In this document: piece by piece, positions 19,145 to 29,884 of the stretch
Layout of the letters: the number at the start of each line of letters is the position of its first letter
How positions within the stretch are numbered: position 1 is the stretch's first letter
Assembly (NCBI GenBank): GCA_902615855.1
Contig: CACMQN010000002.1
Coordinates: 66,460 to 130,459 of the forward strand
Length of the DNA: 64,000 nucleotides
Origin: an uncultured Candidatus Actinomarina sp.
Lineage (GTDB): Bacteria; Actinomycetota; Acidimicrobiia; Actinomarinales; Actinomarinaceae
Reading direction: 5' to 3'
Program-made: the position numbers and the translations under genes
The notes under the pieces: generated by a model
Told to the model about the DNA's origin: nothing
The model's input: only the letters and a program-made list of their open reading frames with translations
The model's database searches: none

Positions 19145-20468
19145 AATAATATTATTGATCTCTGCTGTATTGTTTATATTCGCTTTAAAGCTTTTTGGAA
19201 GACCATCAACGGCACATAGAGCAAATTTATTTGCAATGCTAGCTATGGCGTTAGCTGTATTTAGTGCCTTTAACTTTGATTTTTCAAAATATGATTCTGC
19301 TTTTTACATCACAATTGTTATTTCAGGACTTCTTGGAGTTTTAATATCAAAACGAGTTCAAATGACACAAATGCCTGAACTTGTTGGCTTGTTTAATGGT
19401 TTTGGCGGAGGCGCTTCTGGTGCAATCGCATATGTTGAGTTATCTAATAGCTCCTTACCTTTTAATGATTATTTTGTAGCAATATTTTCAATGGTTATTG
19501 GAATGTTTACTTTTTCAGGAAGTCTTATTGCAGTTATGAAACTCCGTGGAAAATTAAATAACTTTAGTTCAAAATTTGCCAATATATTTTCAGTATTTCT
19601 ACCTGCGATTATCTTAATTCCAGCAGTTTTAGAAATCGACAATTTTGTAATTGAATTTATTATCCTAGTTGCACTAACTACTGGAGTTATTCGAGTTGCT
19701 GTAATTGGTGGTGCAGACATGCCTGTAGTAATTGCTTTTCTCAACTCACTTTCTGGAATAGCAGCCATGTCAGCTGGATTTATTGTAAATAGTATTATCT
19801 TGATCGTAGCTGGTGCCTTAGTAGGTGCATCTGGAATAATTCTCACGTTGCTCATGTGTGCTGCAATGAATCGTACACTTTTAGATGTTCTTAAAGGTGG
19901 CTTTGGTAATACAACGGTTAATAATGAATATGTAAAAGATCCAATTAGCACCTCTCCAGAAGATGTTGCAATTCAATTAAGCTATGCAGAATCTGTAATT
20001 ATTGTTCCTGGATACGGAATGGCAGTTGCACAAGCTCAAGCAGCTGTTAAAGAATTAACAAATACTTTAAAAGATAAAAATATTGAAGTTAAGTTCGCTA
20101 TACATCCAGTAGCTGGAAGAATGCCTGGGCATATGAATGTTCTCTTAGCCGAGGTAGACATTGATTATGAAGATATGTTTACTTTAGAAGATATAAATTC
20201 TGATTTTTCATCAACGGATGTTGTGCTAGTTTTGGGAGCAAACGATGTTGTTAATCCAATGGCTAGAACTGATGAAGATTCTCCAATCTATGGAATGCCA
20301 ATACTGGATGTAGACCTTGCAAGACAAGTAATTGTTATAAAAAGATCTATGTCACCTGGTTACGCAGGTATTGCAAACCCACTATTTATTAACGATAATG
20401 CAAAGATGCTCTTTACCGATGCAAAAGAAGGTTTAGAAAATATAATCAAATCTTTTGAGCTAGTGTAA
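19137..20468 (+). CDS. pntB: NAD(P) transhydrogenase beta subunit
   Basis: MTQMPELVGLFNG, IGGADMPVVI, PGYGMAVAQAQ, HPVAGRMPGHMNVLLAE. Confidence 0.95.
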   Translation: MIEIILLISAVLFIFALKLFGRPSTAHRANLFAMLAMALAVFSAFNFDFSKYDSAFYITIVISGLLGVLISKRVQMTQMPELVGLFNGFGGGASGAIAYVELSNSSLPFNDYFVAIFSMVIGMFTFSGSLIAVMKLRGKLNNFSSKFANIFSVFLPAIILIPAVLEIDNFVIEFIILVALTTGVIRVAVIGGADMPVVIAFLNSLSGIAAMSAGFIVNSIILIVAGALVGASGIILTLLMCAAMNRTLLDVLKGGFGNTTVNNEYVKDPISTSPEDVAIQLSYAESVIIVPGYGMAVAQAQAAVKELTNTLKDKNIEVKFAIHPVAGRMPGHMNVLLAEVDIDYEDMFTLEDINSDFSSTDVVLVLGANDVVNPMARTDEDSPIYGMPILDVDLARQVIVIKRSMSPGYAGIANPLFINDNAKMLFTDAKEGLENIIKSFELV

Positions 20469-20489
20469 TAAATTACTATAAATGAGATT

Positions 20490-21056
20490 ATGAAAACCCA
20501 TACCAAAACATCTAAGTTTATACACTGGACATTTTCTTTGTTATATGCCTATGGAATATTTAAACAAGTAGAAGAATTAGATCAATTGAATAATCCGTCA
20601 ATACTCATGGTTGAAATTGTCTTTGCTGGAATATTTTTGGGGATTGTTTTTATTAGATATTTTTATATGAAAGATGTTGATACTTTGTTAGGTGCCAAAG
20701 TTGAAATACCAAAAGGACATTTATTCATTGCTAAAACAATCCATAGGCTTGTTTATTTAACTTTAATTTTATTGCCAACTACAGGTTTGATTATTGCTGC
20801 TTTATTTGCATACAGCCTTCCTGGCATTAACTTTGCGGTTGCAATTCATGAGTTTTCAGCATTCCTCAGTTATGCATTGATCGGCATACATATAGTTGCT
20901 TCCATTTATTCACGATTGAAAGGCGAGGGGGTATGGGACGCTATGGTTCCAATATGGAAAGAGAAAGAAAAAATAGATTCTGAAATTTTATCTAATTTAG
21001 AAACGATTGAAAATAAAGTTTATAAAAAAACAGAAGAAATCTTCAAGATAAAATAA
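20490..21056 (+). CDS. Cytochrome b561-like diheme membrane protein
   Basis: Four TM helices with IHW, IHR..Y, IHE and IHI histidines. Confidence 0.75.
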   Translation: MKTHTKTSKFIHWTFSLLYAYGIFKQVEELDQLNNPSILMVEIVFAGIFLGIVFIRYFYMKDVDTLLGAKVEIPKGHLFIAKTIHRLVYLTLILLPTTGLIIAALFAYSLPGINFAVAIHEFSAFLSYALIGIHIVASIYSRLKGEGVWDAMVPIWKEKEKIDSEILSNLETIENKVYKKTEEIFKIK

Positions 21057-21057
21057 T

Positions 21058-21573
21058 TTACTTTAAAGATTTAGCAAGATTTAGTACTTCATGCATAGTA
21101 TTTACGATTTCTTCTGGTTTGTAATATTTTATAAATAATATTTTCCTGGAATTTACAACAGTATCAGACACTCTTAATCTTCTTAGAGTTTTTTGTGCCT
21201 CTTCAACTTTAGAGTCATTTCTTTCTATAAATAATTCTGTGAGATGCTCGTCATCACCGTCAATTTCACCTTTCCAATTTATTTTGATACCCATATCTAA
21301 GCTTCGAGGAAAAAATGCATAGAAAGAAACATACGTTGTTGAGGAACGACCATGACTTCTTGTAAAAACTTCTATTTCACATCTATAACCATCTATCTCT
21401 CCAAATATTTTTTTCTTTCTAAAGATGTTTCCTGGAATATCAATCTGGAAATTCAAAACTTCTGATGCTTTTTCCAATGCTTTATTTATTTTTTTATTTA
21501 ACGTAACAATCAACCATATTATTGGCGCTAATACGACTGCAATCACAGTAATTATTGATAGGATATCTTCCAC
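21058..21573 (-). CDS. Hypothetical membrane-anchored protein
   Basis: N-terminal TM helix; ORF packed between neighbours. Confidence 0.6.
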   Translation of the reverse strand: MEDILSIITVIAVVLAPIIWLIVTLNKKINKALEKASEVLNFQIDIPGNIFRKKKIFGEIDGYRCEIEVFTRSHGRSSTTYVSFYAFFPRSLDMGIKINWKGEIDGDDEHLTELFIERNDSKVEEAQKTLRRLRVSDTVVNSRKILFIKYYKPEEIVNTMHEVLNLAKSLK

Positions 21574-21578
21574 GACTA

Positions 21579-22622
21579 TTAAATGTTTTTGAATATGTAT
21601 TTATCGAATACACTCATTTTATCAATCCAGCTATCCTTATAAAAATAATTTACTGATGCTGCAACAGAGGATAATAATGCATTTCCATCTTGGGGAGTAA
21701 AACAGTACCCTGTTAAGTTGTTATTTTTTACATGTAGAGATTCCTTTGCAATAATTCCATGTGATAAAAGTCTTCCATGATAACCATGATCTCTACCAAA
21801 TGAAAAAACTTTATTTGAGGAGAGTTTCTCAGTGGACATTAAAAATTCACTATTTTCTAAGTCATCTGAAATATTTTCTAGATCAATATTTTCTTCAAAT
21901 GATAAATTAAACCATAAAGTGTGCATGTATTGAGTTGGTAATTTGATTGCTGAAGAAAATAGATTTAAATCTTTTCCTTCTTGTTGAAATAATTCAAAAA
22001 CATCTCTTGCATGATGAGTTCCAAATTCCTGATTGTCATGTTTTGTAATTGTTGGAGAAGGTGAAAATGAATCATTTTGGGAGACATCGTTAGCTCTTCT
22101 TAAACAGACAAAACGTCCTTCTTTTAGATCCCTACTCTTATCTAGGGAAAATGTTTTTATTATGGAGGCAATATTGTGAGTATTACAAGATGCTATAAGA
22201 TATTTATTCTGTTCATTATTCAAAGAATCATTATTTATGCCCCATGCAAAGAAAGGACCAAATCTATGTTCTGACCCCTGTGCCATAAATCTTTTTTCAC
22301 CATTTAGTTTTGAATATATTTCCTCCCAGTTTTTATTACCAGCTGGGGTACAGTCTATAATTACTTGGCTTTCTTCATAACTTTTTTCAACATCCTCGAC
22401 AATAAATCCCATAGATTTAAAATCTTTTATTACATCATTGGTGGTTACAAGATTTGCACCCTTTCGAATTAAAGCTTCAACTTTCCCCTGTTCATCAGTC
22501 AGAGGGGTTCTCTTAAAGAAGTTGACGTTATCAATACCTAGCTCTTCTTTATGCTGAGCAAGAAGGCCAATTAGTGGCTCGCCAATTGTTCCTGTACCAA
22601 CGATTAATATATTTTTCATCAC
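21579..22622 (-). CDS. Type II (archaeal-like) glyceraldehyde-3-phosphate dehydrogenase-like protein
   Basis: GTGTIG Rossmann motif, IDCTP, QGSE, SCNTH catalytic Cys, RRAND, THHARDV, PTQYMH. Confidence 0.75.
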   Translation of the reverse strand: MMKNILIVGTGTIGEPLIGLLAQHKEELGIDNVNFFKRTPLTDEQGKVEALIRKGANLVTTNDVIKDFKSMGFIVEDVEKSYEESQVIIDCTPAGNKNWEEIYSKLNGEKRFMAQGSEHRFGPFFAWGINNDSLNNEQNKYLIASCNTHNIASIIKTFSLDKSRDLKEGRFVCLRRANDVSQNDSFSPSPTITKHDNQEFGTHHARDVFELFQQEGKDLNLFSSAIKLPTQYMHTLWFNLSFEENIDLENISDDLENSEFLMSTEKLSSNKVFSFGRDHGYHGRLLSHGIIAKESLHVKNNNLTGYCFTPQDGNALLSSVAASVNYFYKDSWIDKMSVFDKYIFKNI

Positions 22623-22649
22623 TATATTAAGATAAGAATATCAAACCTC

Positions 22650-25295
22650 ATGAATAAAAAACTTATTTATCAATTTTCCTCCACCAAAACTGAAGGTGAC
22701 AGATCTATGCTGGATTTACTTGGAGGTAAAGGAGCAAATTTAGCAGAGATGTCAACTCTTGGGATTAATGTTCCTCCAGGGTTTACAGTAACAACAGAGG
22801 TTTGCAATTATTTTATAGAGAACAAATCTTTTCCAGATAAATTTGATAAAGAATTAGAAAAAGCACTCACTAATTTAGAAAAAATAACAAAAAAGAAATT
22901 TAATGATGATAAAACACCTCTCTTACTTTCTGTTAGATCGGGAGGAAAAGTATCAATGCCAGGAATGATGGATTCTATTTTAAATATTGGAATTAATGAC
23001 AAAAATGTGGACGCTTTAGCATCTAATTTTAATGATGAAAGATTTGCTCTTGATTCATATCGTCGCTTAATTCAAATGTATGGAAATGTTGTACTAGAAA
23101 TTGATATGGACAGGTTTGAAGCCATTATTGATAATAAAAAAAGGATCGACGGAGTTGAAAAAGATAATGATTTTGATTCCGAACAATTGAGTTGGATAAT
23201 TGATGCTTTTAAAACCACTGTTGAAAGATTTGCAGGAAACCCTTTTCCGCAAGATCCTGTTATTCAACTCAAAGGGGCTATTGAGGCAGTATTTAAAAGC
23301 TGGCTAAACAAACGAGCTGTTACTTATCGAAAAATTAATAATATACCCAACAATTGGGGTACTGGGACAACTGTTCAATCTATGGTTTTTGGAAATTTAA
23401 ATGAATCTTCAGGAACGGGTGTTGCTTTTACGAGGTTTCCGTCTACAGGAAAAAACAAATTGTATGGGGAGTATTTAATGAATGCTCAAGGAGAAGATGT
23501 AGTTGCAGGAATAAGAACACCCTATCCGATAGGAAAACACGAAAAGAACACTCAACCTTCTCTTGAGGAAGTAAACCCAGCTCTATTTAATGAAATAAAA
23601 CTTATTGGAGGTAAATTAGAAAGACACTATAAAGATGCTCAAGATATTGAGTTTACGATTGAAGATGGAGAATTGTTTATTCTTCAAACTAGAAACGCAA
23701 AAAGAACAGCCCAAGCGAGTGTAAAAATTGCAGTTGATATGCATAATGAAAAAATAATAAGTAAACAAGAAGCAATCAATATGATTGATGCAGATCAGAT
23801 TACTTCAGTTCTCCACCCCCAGCTTGTTGACTCAACTAGTAAAAAATTGTTTGAAAAAGGTTTAAATGCCTCACCTGGAGCTGCTGTAGGTGAAATAGTT
23901 TTTGACCCAGAAAAAGCGGAGATCGAAGCGGCAAGGGGAAAGAAAATCATTTTAGTAAGAGATGAAACAAGTCCAGAGGACATAAGTGGAATGTTCGCAT
24001 CAGTAGGAATATTGACAACAAAAGGTGGCATGACAAGCCATGCTGCGGTTGTTGCAAGAGGAATGGGCAAACCTTGCATAGTTGGAGCAGAAAATCTCAA
24101 AATTGATAAAGATGATAGAAAAATATCAAATGGTCAAACAACTGTTGAAGAAGGTGATTTAATTTCATTAGATGGTTCTACTGGTGAGATTTTTCTTGGG
24201 GAAGTTGAGCTAGAGTCTGCAAAATTGACAGATGAATTTAATACTTTGATGGCATGGTGTGATGATTTTAAAAAACTTTCAATTAGAGCAAATGCAGAAA
24301 CAATAAATGATACAGCTAGATCTTTAGAGTTCGGTGCTGATGGAATTGGTTTATGCAGAACAGAACATATGTTTTTTGAAGGTGAAAGAATACTTCCTAT
24401 GAGAGAGATGATTATGGCAAACAATAAGCAAGGTAGAAAAAGAGCATTAAATAAAATTATTGATTTTCAGATAAATGATTTTGTTGAAATATTTAAGCTT
24501 TTAAAAGATAAACCTATAACTGTTCGGTTACTTGATCCACCAATGCATGAATTTTTACCAAAAAGTGATATTGAAATTACTGAGTTAGCAAGTTCTTTAA
24601 GAGTTTCATCAGCATATGCCACTGAAGTTTTATCGAAGATTAGTGAAAGTAACCCAATGTTAGGTCACCGAGGTGTACGCTTAGGTTTAAGTTATCCAGA
24701 AATTTATAAAATGCAAGTTGAGGCAATTTTTAAAGCTAGTTATCAAATTTATCAAAAAGAAAAGATCATTATTAAACCAGAAATAATGATTCCTTTAATA
24801 ATGAATGCAAGTGAATTTACAAAAATGAAAAAAATTATAACTAAAAAAATTGAAAGCTTGAAGAAAGAATCAGACTTCAATTTTGATTACCTGTTAGGAA
24901 CTATGATTGAGTTACCGAGTGCTGCCTTGAATTCATCGAAAATTGGAGAATATGCAGATTTCTTTTCCTATGGAACAAATGATTTGACTCAAACAACCCT
25001 TGGTTTATCAAGAGATGACGCATCTAAATTTTTAAATGAATATGTTGAAAAAAATATTTTTGATGTTGATCCTTTTGTTTCAATTGATGAAAATACTGTT
25101 GGAAAATTAGTTGCTTCATCAGTTGCTGATGGAAGAAAAATAAATAAAAATATCAAAATAGGCGTTTGTGGTGAACACGCTGGTGACCCAAAATCAATCA
25201 AATTTTTAAACACATTAGATATTGATTATATTTCTTGCTCCCCATTTAGAATTCCAACGGCTCGATTAGCTGCTGCACAAGCAGAACTATCTTAG
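22650..25295 (+). CDS. ppdK: Pyruvate, phosphate dikinase
   Basis: LLGGKGANLAEM, SMPGMMD, GGMTSHAAVVARG, GLCRTEHMF, GTNDLTQ, CGEHAGDP. Confidence 0.97.
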   Translation: MNKKLIYQFSSTKTEGDRSMLDLLGGKGANLAEMSTLGINVPPGFTVTTEVCNYFIENKSFPDKFDKELEKALTNLEKITKKKFNDDKTPLLLSVRSGGKVSMPGMMDSILNIGINDKNVDALASNFNDERFALDSYRRLIQMYGNVVLEIDMDRFEAIIDNKKRIDGVEKDNDFDSEQLSWIIDAFKTTVERFAGNPFPQDPVIQLKGAIEAVFKSWLNKRAVTYRKINNIPNNWGTGTTVQSMVFGNLNESSGTGVAFTRFPSTGKNKLYGEYLMNAQGEDVVAGIRTPYPIGKHEKNTQPSLEEVNPALFNEIKLIGGKLERHYKDAQDIEFTIEDGELFILQTRNAKRTAQASVKIAVDMHNEKIISKQEAINMIDADQITSVLHPQLVDSTSKKLFEKGLNASPGAAVGEIVFDPEKAEIEAARGKKIILVRDETSPEDISGMFASVGILTTKGGMTSHAAVVARGMGKPCIVGAENLKIDKDDRKISNGQTTVEEGDLISLDGSTGEIFLGEVELESAKLTDEFNTLMAWCDDFKKLSIRANAETINDTARSLEFGADGIGLCRTEHMFFEGERILPMREMIMANNKQGRKRALNKIIDFQINDFVEIFKLLKDKPITVRLLDPPMHEFLPKSDIEITELASSLRVSSAYATEVLSKISESNPMLGHRGVRLGLSYPEIYKMQVEAIFKASYQIYQKEKIIIKPEIMIPLIMNASEFTKMKKIITKKIESLKKESDFNFDYLLGTMIELPSAALNSSKIGEYADFFSYGTNDLTQTTLGLSRDDASKFLNEYVEKNIFDVDPFVSIDENTVGKLVASSVADGRKINKNIKIGVCGEHAGDPKSIKFLNTLDIDYISCSPFRIPTARLAAAQAELS

Positions 25296-25341
25296 TTTTT
25301 TTTGATTACAAACAAGATTTTCTTAGGATATAATTGCATCT

Positions 25342-25737
25342 ATGAGTTATAAAATAATAAATAAAGTCGATCCTATTATTTACCTTGCATTATCTGTTGT
25401 TGGATTTATTGTTCCAGAACTTATTTACAAACTGAATCTTTTAAATCCTGATGCAGTTTTATCGTCAACAGAAGCCGATATTGTAAGAGCCAATGGTGTC
25501 GGAGTAACATTCGCAGCCCTGTTAATTCTTTTACTTGGCAGTGATGAGGAAAATGCAAGACAGGTAAATATCGTACGATATATAGGCGGTTTACTTTTAA
25601 TTGGATTTGCTGTATTTACTGAATTTAATGGATTCTTTATATTTGGAGTTTCAGAAATCGCTATTGCTTTGTATACAGGTAGACAATTAAGACCATCGTC
25701 AGGTAGCGAGAGTTACACTCCAAACGTTGAAGAATAA
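25342..25737 (+). CDS. Hypothetical membrane protein
   Basis: About four hydrophobic segments; TATAAT just upstream. Confidence 0.65.
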   Translation: MSYKIINKVDPIIYLALSVVGFIVPELIYKLNLLNPDAVLSSTEADIVRANGVGVTFAALLILLLGSDEENARQVNIVRYIGGLLLIGFAVFTEFNGFFIFGVSEIAIALYTGRQLRPSSGSESYTPNVEE

Positions 25738-25779
25738 AAGAAATATTCGAAGTTAAAAATCAGCAATTAGTATTGTTAT

Positions 25780-26559
25780 ATGATTTTAAAAGATAAAACG
25801 TTACTAATTACTGGAATCTTAACTGATAAGAGTATCGCTTTTGCCACAGCAAAAATTGCAATAGATAACGGAGCAAAAATAATTGCTACAGGTTTTGGTG
25901 ATGGACTTCGGATAACTGAACGTGCTATTAAAAGACTTGATGATGAAATTGATGTATTAGAGATGGATATTGAAAATACTGTTCAAGTACAAGAAGTAGT
26001 AAATGAAATCAAAGATAAATACACAAGCATAGATGGTGCTCTTCATTCAATTGCATTTTCCCCAACTGAGGCAATGGGTGGTAATTTTTTAAATACAAAT
26101 GTTGAAGATGCAATTAAATCCTTTGAGGTTTCAGCTTTTTCACTAAAAACTTTAACTAATGAATTTTTACCAATATTGAAAGAAGGAGCATCGATAGTAG
26201 CAGTCGATTTTGACAACTCTCAGGCATGGCCGGGTTATGACTGGCAGGGTGTTGCAAAATCATCATTGCAATCAATTATTAGATATCTTGCATATTATGT
26301 TGGTAAAAACAAGGTTAGGGTAAATGCGGTTGCCTCTGGACCTCTTTCAACAACAGCAGCAAAAAATATTCCTGGATTTTCAGCGATGAATGAGGAATGG
26401 AATGAAAGAGCACCTTTGGGTTGGGATACAAAAAATGCTGAACCAGTTGCTAAAGCCATTAATTTCTTACTTTCAGATTATTCTGAAGCCATAACTGGTG
26501 AGATAATCCATGTTGATGGTGGAGCTCATGCTATTGGTGGCTCTATGTTGCCTGAATAA
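25780..26559 (+). CDS. fabI: Enoyl-ACP reductase (FabI/InhA type)
   Basis: ITGILTDKSIAF, HSIAF, AWPGYDWQGVAK, RAPLGWD, TGEIIHVDGG. Confidence 0.92.
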   Translation: MILKDKTLLITGILTDKSIAFATAKIAIDNGAKIIATGFGDGLRITERAIKRLDDEIDVLEMDIENTVQVQEVVNEIKDKYTSIDGALHSIAFSPTEAMGGNFLNTNVEDAIKSFEVSAFSLKTLTNEFLPILKEGASIVAVDFDNSQAWPGYDWQGVAKSSLQSIIRYLAYYVGKNKVRVNAVASGPLSTTAAKNIPGFSAMNEEWNERAPLGWDTKNAEPVAKAINFLLSDYSEAITGEIIHVDGGAHAIGGSMLPE

Positions 26560-26562
26560 TTT

Positions 26563-27801
26563 TTATTGTTTACTGAATATCAAAACAGCATTATGACCAC
26601 CAAAACCAAATGAATTAGACATTACGTGGTCTATATTTTTATCTACAGAATGATTAGCTGTATAATTTAAATCACAATCCTCATCTGAGTCATTTAGATT
26701 TATCGTTGGTGGTATTTGATTATTTTTCATTGCTAGTAATGATGCCATTGCTTCAAAAGCTCCGCCACCCCCAAGTAAATGTCCTGTCATTGATTTGGTA
26801 GAAGATATGTTAACTTCATATGCGTAGTCATTCATAAGTGATTTAATCGCAAGTGTTTCGTTTAAATCATTAGCTGGGGTTGATGTTCCGTGTGCGTTGA
26901 TATAGTCAATCTTTTTGTTACTTATATCAGCGTTTGAGATTGCCTTTTCCATTGCTCTTAAAGCACCAACTCCACCCTCTGAAGGAGCAGTTATATGATA
27001 TGCATCTGTTGAGGATCCATATCCAGAAATATATCCATATACTTCTGCATCCCTATCTTTTGCTGAACTTTCACTTTCGAGTATTAAAACTGTAGATCCT
27101 TCTGCCATTACAAATCCATCTCTGTTTTTATCAAATGGTTTACATGCCTTTTGAGGCTCATCATTCTGTTTTGAAAGTGCTTTTATTTGTGCAAAAGCTC
27201 CGATTGTCATTGAAGTTGTACCAGATTCTGTTCCTCCAACAAGAACTTTGTCGACAATGTTTTGTTCAATCATCCTCTTAGCTTCTCCAATTGCATTTGC
27301 AGAAGCTGCGCAAGCAGTTGTAATCGTTAACGAAGGACCTTGTATTCCGTATTTAATTGCAACTTGACCTGTACTTGAATTGGGCATTAACTGTGTAATA
27401 GCAAGAGGACTTATTCTTGTTGAACCTCTTTCATCGTAAACTCTAACAGCATCTTCCGTTGCTCCTATTCCACCAATGCCAGTTCCAAATACAATACCAA
27501 AATCTTCACCAAGAGGTTTACTTAAGTCAAATCCAGCATCTTGAATTGCCTCCTCTGCAGCAAAAATAGATAAATGGCCAGACCTATCAAGCTTTCTTGC
27601 GTTTTGTTTTCCCATATATTCATTTGCATCGAAATTTTTAACTTCTCCTGCAAATGTCACAGGTAAATCTGAAGTATCAAATAAAGTAATATAATCAACT
27701 CCAGATACTCCACCAACTAAATTTTTCCATGTATCAGATACATTATTTCCAAGTGGATTTATAGTCCCCAAACCTGTTACAACTACTCGTTGTTTAGTCA
27801 T
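26563..27801 (-). CDS. fabF: 3-oxoacyl-ACP synthase II
   Basis: RVVVTGLG, TACAAS, YINAHGTST, SMTGHLLG, NSFGFGGHN. Confidence 0.96.
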   Translation of the reverse strand: MTKQRVVVTGLGTINPLGNNVSDTWKNLVGGVSGVDYITLFDTSDLPVTFAGEVKNFDANEYMGKQNARKLDRSGHLSIFAAEEAIQDAGFDLSKPLGEDFGIVFGTGIGGIGATEDAVRVYDERGSTRISPLAITQLMPNSSTGQVAIKYGIQGPSLTITTACAASANAIGEAKRMIEQNIVDKVLVGGTESGTTSMTIGAFAQIKALSKQNDEPQKACKPFDKNRDGFVMAEGSTVLILESESSAKDRDAEVYGYISGYGSSTDAYHITAPSEGGVGALRAMEKAISNADISNKKIDYINAHGTSTPANDLNETLAIKSLMNDYAYEVNISSTKSMTGHLLGGGGAFEAMASLLAMKNNQIPPTINLNDSDEDCDLNYTANHSVDKNIDHVMSNSFGFGGHNAVLIFSKQ

Positions 27802-27804
27802 GGT

Positions 27805-28044
27805 TTAGAGTTTTGAATGTAAAAGGTTTACAGCTTGACCAACTGTTCCGACATCTGTGAGTTCTTCGTCGTCAATTTCAATCTCAAACTCATCTTCAAA
27901 TGCCATTACAACTTCAACTATACCTAGTGAGTCAATTTCTAGATCCTCTTCTAATTTTGCATCCATATTGATTTTTTCAGAATCGATACCTAATTCTTCT
28001 TCAAAAAGGGTTTTTACCTTTTCAAAAACTTCATTTACTTCCAT
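27805..28044 (-). CDS. acpP: Acyl carrier protein
   Basis: DLEIDSLGIVEVVMAFEDEF. ATG 28044 preferred over 28056. Confidence 0.93.
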   Translation of the reverse strand: MEVNEVFEKVKTLFEEELGIDSEKINMDAKLEEDLEIDSLGIVEVVMAFEDEFEIEIDDEELTDVGTVGQAVNLLHSKL

Positions 28045-28055
28045 ATTTACTCCCA

Positions 28056-28784
28056 CTAAGTCGTAAGTCCACCATCTATTGGTATTACTTGCCCTGTTAT
28101 ATATTCTGACTCATCTTTGCATAAAAAAGATACCATATTTGCAATATCTTCCGGCATACCCATGCGTTTTATTGAAAGTTGTTCTATAATATTTTCTTTA
28201 TTTTCATCATTAATAAATGATGTCATGTCTGTTTCTATATATCCTGGGGCTATGACATTAGACGTAATTTTTCTGCTACCTACTTCTTTACTAATTGATT
28301 TTGATAACCCAATCAAACCTGCCTTTGACGCAGCATAATTTGCTTGGCCTTGATTACCAGATATTCCCACAACAGAAGATATAAAAATTAACCTTCCCCA
28401 TTTGTTTTTAATCATTTTTTTTATGGCTCTTTGAGTTGTATAGAAATTGCCAGTTAGGTTTGTTTGAATAACATCATTCCACTCATCATCCTTCATTCTT
28501 GGTAATATATTGTCTTTTGTAATACCTGCATTATTTACCAAAATATCAACATTTTTGTATGTTTTTTCTATTAAGTTAAACGCCTCATCAACTGAATTTC
28601 TATCTGCAATATTTAATTGAACAGCAAGACTTTCACCACCTAATTTTTTTATTTCTTCTACGACTTCATCAGCCTTATCTTTAGAATTTGAGAATCCCAC
28701 AATAACTTGATAATTTTTTCCAAGCTCCAAGGCTATAGATTTTCCAATACCTCTTGAGGCACCTGTTACAAAAACTGTTTTCAT
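28056..28784 (-). CDS. fabG: 3-oxoacyl-ACP reductase
   Basis: TGASRGIG, NNAGIT, GQANYAASK. Confidence 0.95.
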   Translation of the reverse strand: MKTVFVTGASRGIGKSIALELGKNYQVIVGFSNSKDKADEVVEEIKKLGGESLAVQLNIADRNSVDEAFNLIEKTYKNVDILVNNAGITKDNILPRMKDDEWNDVIQTNLTGNFYTTQRAIKKMIKNKWGRLIFISSVVGISGNQGQANYAASKAGLIGLSKSISKEVGSRKITSNVIAPGYIETDMTSFINDENKENIIEQLSIKRMGMPEDIANMVSFLCKDESEYITGQVIPIDGGLTT

Positions 28785-29875
28785 ATTTTGTCTAATTTGT
28801 CTGGAACTTGATACTCAATAGCTCTTTTAATTGTGTCGGTTGCAGTTCCGTCAAAATCTGGAAGTTTTGCATCTGATTTGTTTATTGGAGTTACACGATC
28901 TCCTAACCGAACCGCACAAGCTCCCCATGCAAGACCAGCTCCCACAGCTGTAAAGACTGCAATTTCCCCACCTTTTATCTCACCTTCTTCAAGAGCATCT
29001 ACAAATGCTGTTGGTATAGACGCTGCAGAAGTATTTCCGTATCGATGAACTTTTTTAATAGTAGTTGCATTAGGAAGTCCAAGTTTTTTTTCGAGAGCTT
29101 CAACTATCCTAATATTTGCTTGATGTGGAATAAAAATGTCTACATCTTCTTTTGACAACCCTGATTTTTCTATAGCTTCTGCTGATGCTTGTGCCATTGC
29201 TCTAACACCAGATTTAAATATTTCCTGTCCATCAAAAGTCCAACGCACTCTAGCTGCTTCGTCAGGATTAAACCTATCCATTGCTGAACCAAAATTAGGA
29301 ATTTCTAAGATTTCTAAATTGTCCGAACTTAAGCCATTTGAAAAAGAATATATTTCACCATCTGATTCATTTTTACTTTCTTCAATAACCACTGCACCTG
29401 CACCATCACCAAAAAGCACAGCGGTGTTTCTATCAGACCAATCAAGCAACCAAGTAATATGCTCTGCCCCTATTACCAAAGCTCTTTTATAAAGATTACT
29501 TTCAACGAATGCTTTTCCTTGCTCAAGTGCATACAGAAAACCTGCACAAGCAGCATTTACGTCATAGACAGAAGCATTTACAGCACCAAGTTTTTTTTGA
29601 ACGTGAGCTGCTGCAGAGGGAACAATGCTATCTGGAGTACATGTAGCTAAGATTACAACATCAATGTCTTTTGGATTTAAACCTGCACAGGCTATTGCAT
29701 GTTTACCAGCAATTTCAGCCATATCTGATGTGTTTACATGGCTAAATCTTCGTTCCTTTACACCTGTTCTTTGTTGAATCCACTCATCAGAAGTATCAAC
29801 AAATTTTGATAAATCATCGTTAGTCATAATGTTATCGGGCGTGCATTTACCCCATCCTGTTATTGCTGATTTCAA
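28781..29875 (-). CDS. fabH: 3-oxoacyl-ACP synthase III
   Basis: DTSDEWI, AACAGF, FGDGAGA, PHQAN, YGNTSAAS. Confidence 0.95.
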   Translation of the reverse strand: MKSAITGWGKCTPDNIMTNDDLSKFVDTSDEWIQQRTGVKERRFSHVNTSDMAEIAGKHAIACAGLNPKDIDVVILATCTPDSIVPSAAAHVQKKLGAVNASVYDVNAACAGFLYALEQGKAFVESNLYKRALVIGAEHITWLLDWSDRNTAVLFGDGAGAVVIEESKNESDGEIYSFSNGLSSDNLEILEIPNFGSAMDRFNPDEAARVRWTFDGQEIFKSGVRAMAQASAEAIEKSGLSKEDVDIFIPHQANIRIVEALEKKLGLPNATTIKKVHRYGNTSAASIPTAFVDALEEGEIKGGEIAVFTAVGAGLAWGACAVRLGDRVTPINKSDAKLPDFDGTATDTIKRAIEYQVPDKLDKI

Positions 29876-29884
29876 AATTTCCCC

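Noticed and set aside
17844-20468. Three-gene split transhydrogenase as a novelty
   Set aside because: The split alpha1/alpha2/beta arrangement is well known.
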